In this document: positions 36,148-45,456 of the stretch, one piece after another | How positions within the stretch are numbered: the stretch's first letter is position 1 | Layout: every line of letters begins with the position of its first letter | Source: Spirochaetales bacterium | Lineage (GTDB): Bacteria > Spirochaetota > Spirochaetia > JABEVK01 | DNA: 64,000 nt | Direction of reading: 5' to 3' | Assembly: GCA_037142615.1 (NCBI GenBank) | Contig: JBAXAI010000009.1 | Location: forward strand, 1-64,000 | Notes under the pieces: generated by a model | The model's input: the letters and a program-made list of their open reading frames with translations, nothing else | Told to the model about the DNA's origin: nothing | The model's database searches: none | Translations under genes and position numbers: made by a program

Positions 36148-37527
36148 CTATGCGCCTCGAACCCATTGTCGAGAATTTCGGTCAGCTTGTCTGTGAAGAT
36201 TGGGTGAAGGGAGGAAAAGTCGAGCCTCCACCCGGCCCGTGCCAACGTTTTGCAGCAGCAGGGTTCCACCATGCAATTCGACGATGGCCTTGGCGATGGC
36301 CAAACCCAGCCCGTTGCCGGGCCGGTTACGCGAACTTTCACCCCGATGCAGCCGCTGGAACAAGAAGGTTTGCTCCTCGGCAGCGAGGCGACCGGGGTTG
36401 GTGATCACCACCAGCACCCCCCCGGCTGAGGCAGACCAGTCGACGGTGAGCAGCCCCGGACCCTGAGCGTGAGCCAAGGCATTGGTGAGCAGGTTGGCGA
36501 GGGCGCGGTGCAGAAGCTCGGGATCAGCGTCGAAGGTACCGTCGACGACTGTCGAAGTCCAAGTGCGGCCCCGGCTCCCGGCGAGCTCGACCAAAGGAGT
36601 CAGGAGCGGGGGAATGAGCTCGCTCAGTAGGCAGAGCTTGAGTTCGGGTCGCATTTCGGGCGACTCGAGGCGACCGAGGGCCAGCAGGTCGCCGGTCAGG
36701 GCCTCGAGCCGGTTGACTTCCCCCAACAGCAAAGGGAGGCGCTCGGTGCCCAGCTCGAGCACCCCGTCGGCCAAACCCTCCAGCTGAACTCTCAGCCCAG
36801 CCAACGGGGTTCTCAGGTCGTGGGCGATGTCTTGCGCCCACTGGCGGCGGAGGTCGGCCTCGCGGATCAGGGCGCGCTGCACCCGGGTGGCCTGGGCCGA
36901 ACTCTCTTGAAAGGCCTTCCACGACGACAGGGAGGCAGCCAAACCCGCGACCAGCAGACCGATCAGCAGTGCCCAGCCGAGATTGGCCAGGAACTGACGG
37001 TTCTCTTCGATGAGCTCGAAGGTGTGGTGGCCCGACCAGAAGTAGCCCTGCGTGCGCCCCCCGAGCGTCAGCGGCGTCAGACTTCCCCGGGCCTGAAGAT
37101 GGCTGAACAGGGTTTCGCCGGCGGCGGGGCGGTCTTCAGCAGGCAAGAGTTCGGTGGGGTCACCGTCGCGGTTGAGTTGACTCGACTTCTCGCCGGCCGT
37201 GTCTTCCTCGTACCAGGACTTTCCATGCCACGACCAGAACTCCAGCGATCCGTCGGCGCGGAAAACGAAGGCGAAAACGGTAGGCTCGAGGTAGTTCATC
37301 AGCGCTCGGCTGACTTCTTCGCCTTCGAGATCGCCAGTCTGACCCAGCAAATGGTCGAGTTCGCTGAGCAGGACGCTGTGGATCGCCCCGGTGGCTTCCT
37401 GCTGCCAGCGGTCGCGGCTAAAAAGGTAGCCGGCCACGAAGACGACCGCGAACACCAGCAGAAAGACGGCCAGCGCCTTGACGACGCTCCGCATGAGCAA
37501 AGCGAACAGGCTCGGAGAGGGACTCAA
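36148..37527 (-). CDS. BaeS-like sensor histidine kinase
   Basis: Two TM segments; IAHDLRTPL, NLLTNALAH, GNGLGLAIAK; TTG start overlaps the regulator stop. Confidence 0.9.
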   Translation of the reverse strand: MSPSPSLFALLMRSVVKALAVFLLVFAVVFVAGYLFSRDRWQQEATGAIHSVLLSELDHLLGQTGDLEGEEVSRALMNYLEPTVFAFVFRADGSLEFWSWHGKSWYEEDTAGEKSSQLNRDGDPTELLPAEDRPAAGETLFSHLQARGSLTPLTLGGRTQGYFWSGHHTFELIEENRQFLANLGWALLIGLLVAGLAASLSSWKAFQESSAQATRVQRALIREADLRRQWAQDIAHDLRTPLAGLRVQLEGLADGVLELGTERLPLLLGEVNRLEALTGDLLALGRLESPEMRPELKLCLLSELIPPLLTPLVELAGSRGRTWTSTVVDGTFDADPELLHRALANLLTNALAHAQGPGLLTVDWSASAGGVLVVITNPGRLAAEEQTFLFQRLHRGESSRNRPGNGLGLAIAKAIVELHGGTLLLQNVGTGRVEARLFLPSPNLHRQADRNSRQWVRGA

Positions 37528-38219
37528 ACGCGCAACCCGGCAAAGCGGTAGCCGACACCTCTCACGGTCTCGATCCAAACTTGTTCGCCGAGCTTGGCTC
37601 GGAGGTTCTTCATGTGCGTATCGACGGTGCGCTCGCCGGTGTCGACGTAGTACTGCAAAGCTCCCGACATGAGCTCACGGCGCGAAAGTGCGACCCCGGG
37701 ACGCGCAGTGAAGGTGTCGATGAAGGCCCACTCCCCTGGGGTAAGCAGCACTTCGTCGCCGTCGATGAACACCTTGCGCGAGGCGTCATCAAACTCGAGG
37801 CGGTGTACACCCACCCTCGATCCGGGGAGCACATAGGCCCGCACCAGAGCCTGGGCAGGTTCAGCGGTGCGGCGGCGCAAAATCGCCCGAACCCGATGGA
37901 CCAGTTCGCGCGGCGAAAACGGTTTGACGACATAGTCGCTGGCTCCGAGTTCCCAGCCGGCGAGGCGCTCGGCCTCGTCGCCCCGGGCTGTCAGGAACAA
38001 GAAAGGGGCCGGGGTCAGCTTGCGCAGGTCGCGAGCCAGCGAAAAGCCGTCGCGACCGGGCAACATCACATCGAGCAGGAACAGGTCGAAGCGCGTGGCG
38101 ACGGCCAGGAGGTCGTTTCCCTCACTGCGGGTCTCAACCTCGTGACCGTCCTGCCTCAAGTAGGCGGCGACACCTTCCCGGATGGACTCGTGGTCTTCCA
38201 CCACCAAGATTCGAGCCAT
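37524..38219 (-). CDS. OmpR-family response regulator
   Basis: LVVED, LDVMLPG, KPFSPREL, RTVDTHMKNLRAKL, TVRGVGY. Confidence 0.95.
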   Translation of the reverse strand: MARILVVEDHESIREGVAAYLRQDGHEVETRSEGNDLLAVATRFDLFLLDVMLPGRDGFSLARDLRKLTPAPFLFLTARGDEAERLAGWELGASDYVVKPFSPRELVHRVRAILRRRTAEPAQALVRAYVLPGSRVGVHRLEFDDASRKVFIDGDEVLLTPGEWAFIDTFTARPGVALSRRELMSGALQYYVDTGERTVDTHMKNLRAKLGEQVWIETVRGVGYRFAGLRV

Positions 38220-38243
38220 GTTCCTCCTCGTGCGGCGTCTACC

Positions 38244-38333
38244 TTAGGTAAATGCCAAGACCCCCACCGTGATCAGAACAGCGAGAAAGCTGATGACCAA
38301 GTAGGTGGTTAGTACAAGATTACTCTTTTTCAT
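38244..38333 (-). CDS. 29-aa single-TM peptide or truncated last gene of the ytr-like operon
   Basis: AGGAG SD; MKKSNLVLTTYLVISFLAVLITVGVLAFT-stop, overlapping the GntR stop. Confidence 0.45.
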   Translation of the reverse strand: MKKSNLVLTTYLVISFLAVLITVGVLAFT

Positions 38334-38688
38334 GCGATTTCTCCTGATATTTTTGCTCGACTTCTTGGAGCGTGATGCCTAACTGGTCCATGGCTCGGAA
38401 CACGGCCGGTAGCTCGGCGTCGAAGAACTGCCGCCGGAGCGACTCGCGGGCCCGTTCGGCACCACCGGCAGCCACGAAATAGCCGGTACCCCGCTCGTTG
38501 CGGGCTATGCCGGCGTCGGCCAGAATCTGCAGGGCCCGAACGGCCGTGTTGGGGTTCACCTCGAGGCTGGTAGCCAGGTCGCGCGCCGAGGCGAGGCGTG
38601 CTTCGGGAGCCAAACGGCCGGCGATCACGTCGCGCATCAGCGTGTCGGCAATCTGCACAAAGATGGGTTTGTCGTTATTGAACCGCAT
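38320..38688 (-). CDS. GntR-family regulator, YtrA subfamily
   Basis: KPIFVQIAD...SARDLATSLEVNPNTAVRA...RGTGYFV; 122 aa. Confidence 0.9.
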   Translation of the reverse strand: MRFNNDKPIFVQIADTLMRDVIAGRLAPEARLASARDLATSLEVNPNTAVRALQILADAGIARNERGTGYFVAAGGAERARESLRRQFFDAELPAVFRAMDQLGITLQEVEQKYQEKSHEKE

Positions 38689-39460
38689 GGCGCGCCTCTT
38701 TTTCCGCGACGCGGAAGGAACCGAACAGCAGGGCGCAGACCGGGGTGAAGACGAAGATGCCGAAGTGCCAGAACCACTGGAGGCCTTGCTGGAAACTGCC
38801 GTTGAAGCTACGGAACTGCCAGTCGGCGGCACTGGTGCCGTCGGGCCCGACATTTTCCATGCCCACGAAGACGTTCGATCCTGGGCCCAGTACGCCGAAC
38901 AGTTTGAGGCCCAGGCTCCCCAGCAAGGCCAAAGCCGCTGCGAAGCCGACCAGCGAGGCAAACGTCTTGAGCAAAGCAAACTTGCCGAACACGGCCGAAC
39001 CGGTGAACAGGAGCAAGTTCATCACCACGAAGAGCCCCCACATCTGCCAAACGCCGAACTCGACGGGGAGCTCCACGCGGTTGGTGAACACCCAGAGCAG
39101 CAAGCCGACCAGCGAGGTGACGACGGGCACAATCACCTGAGTCTGAAGCAAAGCCGCCAGGTACTTTTCGCCGCTGGTGGCCGGGAGAAGCAACCAGTCG
39201 GTGGTCGATTTGGGCGATTGCATGGCGTGGAAGGCCCGTGCCGAGGTGAGAAAGCAGGCGAGGACAACCAAACCCGGCCAGCCATAGTTGTCGCGTTGGC
39301 CCATCGAGGAGGCAGCGCCACCGCTCAACAACATGGTGAAAACCCAGCCCAGCACGTTGAGCCCAACAAGAATAGCAGCACCGAGAAGGATGGGAATGAA
39401 GTCAGAAACAAAACGAGATCGGATAAGGAAATAGACCCGTTTAGGCTGAAGATTACGCAT
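38675..39460 (-). CDS. ABC transporter membrane subunit
   Basis: About six TM segments; LLLPATSGEKY motif; between the ATPase and GntR genes. Confidence 0.75.
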   Translation of the reverse strand: MRNLQPKRVYFLIRSRFVSDFIPILLGAAILVGLNVLGWVFTMLLSGGAASSMGQRDNYGWPGLVVLACFLTSARAFHAMQSPKSTTDWLLLPATSGEKYLAALLQTQVIVPVVTSLVGLLLWVFTNRVELPVEFGVWQMWGLFVVMNLLLFTGSAVFGKFALLKTFASLVGFAAALALLGSLGLKLFGVLGPGSNVFVGMENVGPDGTSAADWQFRSFNGSFQQGLQWFWHFGIFVFTPVCALLFGSFRVAEKEARHAVQ

Positions 39461-40211
39461 GGGCGACTCCTTGGATTGCGCCGACCAGCGCGGCCAGCCG
39501 GCCCGGCTCGGTGAGTGCGGTGTTGAAGAGCGCCTCAAGATCGCCGAGGCCTTGCGCCTGCAACTCGGTGGCGAGATCGGTGACCGGCAGCACAAAGGGA
39601 ATCTTGCCCTGGTCCATGATCAGCACCGGGTCGATGAGGTTCTCGAGATCGCGAACCTGGTGGGTGCTCACGAGAATAACGCGGTCTTCGCGGGCCGCCG
39701 CAGCCAACATCTTGCGAAAGGTGACCTTGGCGGGAATGTCGAGGCCGTTGGTCGGCTCGTCGAGCAAAAGCGTGTTCGCGCCGCTGGCCAACGCGAAAGC
39801 CAGGCAGAACTTCTTGCGTTGGCCGTAGCTGAGCTTCGACAGGGGCTTGTCTTCGGTGAGCGCAAAGTCGCGGCGCAACTGGTCGAACAGCGCGCGGTCG
39901 AACGCAGGCCGGAAGGGGAGCTGGGTGGCCAGCCAGGCCTCGGGCTTTTGCGCCGGTACCCAGGGGTCCTCGGGCACAAAAGCAACCGCCGCCAGGTGCT
40001 CGGCCTCGCGGCGGGCCGGGTTTCGGCCGAAGACCTGCATGCTTCCGGCCTGAGGCAACAACGCCCCCGCGATGAGCTTGAGCAGGCTGGTCTTGCCCGC
40101 GCCGTTGAGCCCCAAAAGGCCGCCGATGGAGCCAGCCGGGAGCTTCAGGTCGAGCTTGTCGAACAGCACCGTCTTCCCGTACCCGAAGGTCAGGGATTCC
40201 AGATGAATCAT
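39453..40211 (-). CDS. ABC transporter ATP-binding protein
   Basis: GLNGAGKT, LSYGQ, LLDEPT, STH. Confidence 0.93.
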   Translation of the reverse strand: MIHLESLTFGYGKTVLFDKLDLKLPAGSIGGLLGLNGAGKTSLLKLIAGALLPQAGSMQVFGRNPARREAEHLAAVAFVPEDPWVPAQKPEAWLATQLPFRPAFDRALFDQLRRDFALTEDKPLSKLSYGQRKKFCLAFALASGANTLLLDEPTNGLDIPAKVTFRKMLAAAAREDRVILVSTHQVRDLENLIDPVLIMDQGKIPFVLPVTDLATELQAQGLGDLEALFNTALTEPGRLAALVGAIQGVAHA

Positions 40212-40222
40212 ACTTACTCCTC

Positions 40223-40248
40223 TAGTGTAGTAGTCTGCTAGTACACTA
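40223..40248. promoter_or_regulatory. YtrA-type operator
   Basis: TAGTGTA-N12-TACACTA inverted repeat just upstream of the ABC ATPase SD; matches the AGTGTA...TACACT half-sites known for YtrA regulators. Confidence 0.75.
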
Positions 40249-40313
40249 CTTCACAGGAAATAAAGTGTCAAGTGGTCGGCCCCTGGGCGATGGTTTGGGC
40301 TTACACTTACATC

Positions 40314-42722
40314 ATGGATACAAACCCTTTTCTTCATGGGCTGGTTCTGGCCGGCGAAATCCATTACTTCCGGTTGCAACGGTCCGAGTGGGAGTCGAGG
40401 CTCGACGCGCTCCAGCAGTCCGGCCTCGATACCGTAGCCAGTTACATTCCGTGGTTGTGCCATGAGCCGCACCGGTTGCAGTTTGACCTGACTGGGAGCA
40501 CACGGCCCGAGCTGGACCTTGGCGCGTTCATCGACCTGTGTGGGGCCAGGGGGCTGAAGTTTTTTGCGCGGCCGGGTCCGTTCGTGATGGCCGAGCTCAA
40601 GAACGAGGGCATCCCCTACCGGGTTTACAAGGACCACCCCGAATTGGTTTCCCCCACCTGGAAGGGCCTTCCGGTGCCCAACAAGAATCTGGACTACTCG
40701 GCCAAGGCCTTCCTGACCGCCACCAGACAGTGGTACCACGAGGTCGCGCAGGTGTTGAGACCGCGCCTGTGGTCCGCGGGAGGGCCGGTGACCGCTGTGC
40801 AACTCGACAACGAAATCGGCATGCTCAGCTGGGTGGCCAACAGTCCCGACCTGAGCGAGCAGGTGATCACCGACTTTGGCGACTGGATGCTCGACCAGTA
40901 CACAAAAGCCGAGCTGATCTCCCGCTACGGGTTTGTGCCAGGCCGTGCGCACCTGGAAGACTTCTGGGTTCCGGCCGAACCGTGGGCGCTGGAGTTTGTG
41001 AATGACCTCGGCCGTTTTTTGCGCCTCCGCTTCAGCCGTTACGTGGGCTTTCTGAAAGACGCCCTGGCGATTGAGGGGTTGGGCCCGCTGGCCAACGTGG
41101 TGAACGTCCATGGCACTGGTGGGGGGCGTGGGCACCCCTTCCCCATCGGAATCAGCCAACTGCTGAAAACGTGGCAGGATCACCCCGACGTCACGGTGGG
41201 AACCGACATCTACTTGGGTGACCTTGGCGTGCACAACCTCGCCGACCTGTACCTGCTCAACGCGGCGACCCGGGCCACGCTGCTCCCCGGCCAAAGGTTG
41301 GGCAGCGTTGAGTTCGAAGCCGGCGATGGCGACTATGGTTCGAATCAGGGTCAGCGCTACGACCCCTCGGCGGCTGACCTGAAAGCTCGTTTGTGCTTTC
41401 GGCAGGGCTTCACAATCCTCAATTACTATCTGTACGCGGGCGGTCGAAACTACCGGCTCGACGAAAAGCCGGCCGACGGAAACGACCGGATTGCGTTCAC
41501 CGGCGAACGCCACGGGTTTGCCGCGCCGATGGATCCGGAAGGCCGGCGCAATACCACGTGGGAACGGATCGGCCGCACAGTGCGCGCGGCAAGAGTTCTG
41601 GCCGACCACCTGAGCACCGCCACCGAGGAGACCGACAATCTGGCCTGGGGCTTCGTTCCCGACTGGTGGATGACCGATGCTCTTCCTCCGAACAGCAACC
41701 GGGCCAAGGCGTTGCGGGAAGATTTGGAGCGGCACCGTTCCGGCGTCAGCTGGGACCTGATGGCCCGCTGGAGCCTGCTTGCCGGCTACCGGTTCGCCGC
41801 CGTTGACCTGTCGCGGCACACCCCCGAACCCGGCTCGGTCTTGTTCTTGGGGAGTTGCTTGCATTTGAATGCCGACATCCAGCAACGTTTGGTCGATTGG
41901 GTCGGTGCCGGTGGCAAGCTGGTGCTGTGGGGCCCGTTGCCGACCCACACGCTGACCGGCACCCCCTGCACCTTGTTGGCGGACGAGCTCGTGGCCTCGA
42001 ACGCGGGGACCCTTGAGGCACGGGCTGGTTTTCATCTGTCGGTGGTCCCCGAGGGACCGCTGGCGGGCTGGGCCGAAGCGAGCATTGGCCGTACCGAGAC
42101 CTTTCAGGTGCCAGCCGATGCCGTGGTGCTGCTCCGCGCGTACCACAATCGGGCCGTCGCGGGGTTCGCGGTCACCGTAGAAAGGGGCCTTGCTGTTGTG
42201 CTCGGCGGTGAACTGCAGGGTCGTTCGGAACTTGCGCGGCAACTGCTGGGCTGGCTGGGCTGTGAACCGGGGTTGACGCACGATGCGGACGGTAGCGCCC
42301 TGGTGGTGGGAACCACCCGCGACCCCGAAGGTGGCCGCGTGTTGCACGTGATGAACCTCGACGGTTGTGAGACCCGGACCCACCTCTGGGACAACGGGCT
42401 TGCCCTCCTCGAAGAATGCGAACTGGTGCTAGGACCCAAGGAAGGACGGATGTTGCCGTTGGGTCTGTTCCCGGCAGGTGGCCCTGCGGGGGTGCGCGTG
42501 GTTTGGTCCACCGCCGAACTCGAGGGAGCCGATTCCCAAAGCCTGACTCTGCGCCGAAACCAACCCCAGGACACGCTGCTCGTCAGTTGCCCCGGTGGCC
42601 GCGTACCGCAGACCTCGGACGACTGGCAGGTTGAACCGGGACCCCGACCCGAGCAGTGGCGAATCACCTCGGCGCGGTTGGTTTGGCCGGCCACGCTGGT
42701 GCGGTTGGAGTTTGGGGTATAG
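40314..42722 (+). CDS. GH35 beta-galactosidase-like protein
   Basis: GEIHYFR, YIPWLCHE, RPGPFVMAE, QLDNE, VEFEAG, NYYLYAGGRN. Confidence 0.85.
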   Translation: MDTNPFLHGLVLAGEIHYFRLQRSEWESRLDALQQSGLDTVASYIPWLCHEPHRLQFDLTGSTRPELDLGAFIDLCGARGLKFFARPGPFVMAELKNEGIPYRVYKDHPELVSPTWKGLPVPNKNLDYSAKAFLTATRQWYHEVAQVLRPRLWSAGGPVTAVQLDNEIGMLSWVANSPDLSEQVITDFGDWMLDQYTKAELISRYGFVPGRAHLEDFWVPAEPWALEFVNDLGRFLRLRFSRYVGFLKDALAIEGLGPLANVVNVHGTGGGRGHPFPIGISQLLKTWQDHPDVTVGTDIYLGDLGVHNLADLYLLNAATRATLLPGQRLGSVEFEAGDGDYGSNQGQRYDPSAADLKARLCFRQGFTILNYYLYAGGRNYRLDEKPADGNDRIAFTGERHGFAAPMDPEGRRNTTWERIGRTVRAARVLADHLSTATEETDNLAWGFVPDWWMTDALPPNSNRAKALREDLERHRSGVSWDLMARWSLLAGYRFAAVDLSRHTPEPGSVLFLGSCLHLNADIQQRLVDWVGAGGKLVLWGPLPTHTLTGTPCTLLADELVASNAGTLEARAGFHLSVVPEGPLAGWAEASIGRTETFQVPADAVVLLRAYHNRAVAGFAVTVERGLAVVLGGELQGRSELARQLLGWLGCEPGLTHDADGSALVVGTTRDPEGGRVLHVMNLDGCETRTHLWDNGLALLEECELVLGPKEGRMLPLGLFPAGGPAGVRVVWSTAELEGADSQSLTLRRNQPQDTLLVSCPGGRVPQTSDDWQVEPGPRPEQWRITSARLVWPATLVRLEFGV

Positions 42723-42730
42723 CCGGCTGG

Positions 42731-44242
42731 TCAGGTCCGCTCTACCGTCCAGAAGTGCACGCCGCACACGCCCTGGAGAGTCTGGAGGTCAAGGGCTTCG
42801 TCGTGCGCCAAGTCCACGAGCCGGTCTTCGACCATCACCGGTTCGCTGGCGGCCTTGAGGGCCTCGAGCTCGCTACCCCGGGGGTAGCGGGGGCGTCCCG
42901 AGGTTCGCCACGCGGTGAAGGCGTTGCCGCGCACCTCGTCGACCACCCACTGACGAACCCGCCAGCGCCGATCGGGCAGGCCCTCGAACCGGAGCTTGCG
43001 GTCGATCTCGGCCCGGTCGAGTGTCCAATCCTCGCCAAAGAAGTGGGCCTTGGTGGCCTCGCTGAAGTTCCAGCTGAGGATGGCCAGATTGCCGTTGGCG
43101 GCACGGGTGGCGATGGTGTCGCGAGGGATCTGTCCCTCGGGCAGGAGTTCGTGGTCGTGCAGTTCGCTGAGCCACCGAAAGGCGTGGAACACAGGCTTGT
43201 TGACCCCGTCGACATTGATCAGGCCGTATTTGCCGCTGAAGGGGTCGAGACCGGGGCCGGATTCCTCGAAAATGTCGCTGAGCGTCCACCAACTGTAGCT
43301 TCCTACCAGACCGGTCACGTCGCGCAGCGTCTGCAGGGCGAACACGGCGCTGAAGGCGCTGTCTTTGCCGAACACATCCTCGTGGATGGGGCTGATGTTC
43401 CATTCGGTGTAGTGAACTTCGCGCGCAGGCTGACCAGCGTCCACGGAGTCTGCAGCGCGCACCTTGGCCACGGTGTCGCGGACCTCGGCGGCCATGGTCG
43501 GTTGACCCCGGTAGGCGAAGTCCTTCACGACGCGGCCCATTTCGAGGGCCACATCGGCGCAGTAGTGGTGGGTGCTCACGAAGTCCAGAGGAACGTTATT
43601 CTGGGCACAGAAGGCCGAGGTCTCGTCGATCCATTGATTCTTGCTGGTAGCCGGACCGCCCACCCGCAGTTGGCTGTCGACGGCCTTCACGGCCCGGGCG
43701 GTCAACTCGTACAACCGCAGGTAGCCGTCGAGGCCGCCCGACCAAAACGCGTCGATGTCGGGCTCGTTCCACACCTCAAAGTACCAGCTGCGCACTTCGG
43801 CCAGCCCGTAGCGGTCGATCAGCGACGTGGTGAACGCCGTGACGAGATCGGACCATTTGCCCTCGTCCTTGGGAGGCGTGATGTTGCCACGGTACTGAAA
43901 AATCGTCGCGTCGCCGCTGGCCAGGCCGTAGGGCATGAAGCTGAGCTCCAGGAAGGGCTGGGCGCCGTTTTCGAGCAAGAAGTCGACGATCTTGAACAGG
44001 TTGCGGAAGTTGTAGGGGTCTTTTTGGTCGTGGTCGCCCCGGTAGATGCCCACCAGGTCGTGCAAGATGCCGTGAAAGCGCACCCGCTTAAAGCCGATAG
44101 CCTTTTGCACGCGGCGAAAGTGCTCGCGCCAATCCTCGCGCAGGGTGAGGTAGGCGTGGCAACTACCCACGCATTCCGCGTGCAGCTTGGCGAACGGACG
44201 GCTCGGGCCGTCGAGCCGGTAGGTCGCGGAGCGGGTCGTCAT
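42731..44242 (-). CDS. GH39 beta-xylosidase-like protein
   Basis: VRFHGI, PFLELSFMP, FEVWNEP, VGGPA, STHHY, YTEWN, WTLSDIFEE. Confidence 0.9.
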   Translation of the reverse strand: MTTRSATYRLDGPSRPFAKLHAECVGSCHAYLTLREDWREHFRRVQKAIGFKRVRFHGILHDLVGIYRGDHDQKDPYNFRNLFKIVDFLLENGAQPFLELSFMPYGLASGDATIFQYRGNITPPKDEGKWSDLVTAFTTSLIDRYGLAEVRSWYFEVWNEPDIDAFWSGGLDGYLRLYELTARAVKAVDSQLRVGGPATSKNQWIDETSAFCAQNNVPLDFVSTHHYCADVALEMGRVVKDFAYRGQPTMAAEVRDTVAKVRAADSVDAGQPAREVHYTEWNISPIHEDVFGKDSAFSAVFALQTLRDVTGLVGSYSWWTLSDIFEESGPGLDPFSGKYGLINVDGVNKPVFHAFRWLSELHDHELLPEGQIPRDTIATRAANGNLAILSWNFSEATKAHFFGEDWTLDRAEIDRKLRFEGLPDRRWRVRQWVVDEVRGNAFTAWRTSGRPRYPRGSELEALKAASEPVMVEDRLVDLAHDEALDLQTLQGVCGVHFWTVERT

Positions 44243-45456
44243 GAGGGCCTCCGGAAGCCGCAGGCCGCGAGCCCGCGCTGAATCACGGCCGCTTGGCTAA
44301 GAATCTTGGGAATCAGGCCAGTTTCGGCGTTGTCGAGCGACAAGAGCGTGATGCCCTTGTCGATGCCGATGGAACGCTCGGCATACCAAGGTTGGGAACC
44401 TTCCAAGTTGTAGGCGTCGAGGAACCCGTAGCGGCCCCAAAGTTTGGGTTGTTCGGCGCGAAGGCGCTCCAGGCTTTCGCTGACCTGATCGGGGAGAAAC
44501 ATGGAGCTCCCGGCCATGCCGCAGGGAGCCAACGTGCCGTCGTTCTTGTGCCCTTTGTGCTGCCTGCCGTCCCCAGAAGGGGGCGACCCGTAGCTACCCG
44601 AATAACCCTTCGGTCCGTCGCAGGCCGTGGGTCCCCAACTGTGCGCCGAGAACGCCTTCCAGCCTTCGGGGTTGGCGGTGCACCACGCTTGGGCCGTGAC
44701 GCTGGCACGATACGAATTCTCCCACCAGTCCAGCCCGAGCGGATCGACAAGGCCTTTTACGGGCAGGAAAGCCTGGCAAAACTGGTGCACGAACAGACTG
44801 TTGCTGCGGCAATGAACGAACTCCGGCAAACCGCCCCACGAGCCGACATTGCGCTCGAAGGCAGTGAGCATCGAACCGGGCACAGGGTGGCTTTGGCTCC
44901 CTGCGCCCAGCACGCACATCAAGAGCTGCTCGGCGTAATGGTCCCACGAGCCTTCAAAGCCGCGTTCGGGCCCGTAGTACCCCATGGCGAAGTACTTTTT
45001 GTCGGGTGTGCGGTACCAGTCCCACTCGATGCCTTCGACCAGCTCGTCAAATTGCCGACCCAGGGTGCCACCGAAGTAGGTGCCGGCCGTCACGAAACCG
45101 GCGGCCAACAAGGCCGTGTCGATGACGCTGACTTCGCAGTTCCAGGCCTTGAGGCCGCTTTCGGGCACCAGGAAGTGATAGTAAAAGCCGTGGACACGGG
45201 GGGTGTTCTGGTGCGCCTTCAGCACTTCCCTGGCGCGCTGCTCGGCCTGCGCCCGGGTGACCCAACCCCGCTCGATGCCGATAGGGAGCGATGCCAGCGA
45301 AAAACCGGTGGCCGCAATGCTACCGGGCTGATCGGTCTTGGCCTCGCCCCAACCGTCGCGGGCATGCCCGTGAACGGTTTGTTCCCAAAAGTAGTCGAAA
45401 CTCGCCCGAGCCTCGTCGAGGGCCGCCCCCGCAAGTCGGAACCGGGTTTGACTCAT
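44239..45456 (-). CDS. GH144 (glucoamylase-like, beta-1,2-glucanase family), no signal peptide
   Basis: SIAATGF, HGFYYHF, EVSVIDTALL, LFVHQF, WGPTACDGP, GRYGFLDAYN, IGIDKG. Confidence 0.85.
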   Translation of the reverse strand: MSQTRFRLAGAALDEARASFDYFWEQTVHGHARDGWGEAKTDQPGSIAATGFSLASLPIGIERGWVTRAQAEQRAREVLKAHQNTPRVHGFYYHFLVPESGLKAWNCEVSVIDTALLAAGFVTAGTYFGGTLGRQFDELVEGIEWDWYRTPDKKYFAMGYYGPERGFEGSWDHYAEQLLMCVLGAGSQSHPVPGSMLTAFERNVGSWGGLPEFVHCRSNSLFVHQFCQAFLPVKGLVDPLGLDWWENSYRASVTAQAWCTANPEGWKAFSAHSWGPTACDGPKGYSGSYGSPPSGDGRQHKGHKNDGTLAPCGMAGSSMFLPDQVSESLERLRAEQPKLWGRYGFLDAYNLEGSQPWYAERSIGIDKGITLLSLDNAETGLIPKILSQAAVIQRGLAACGFRRPS

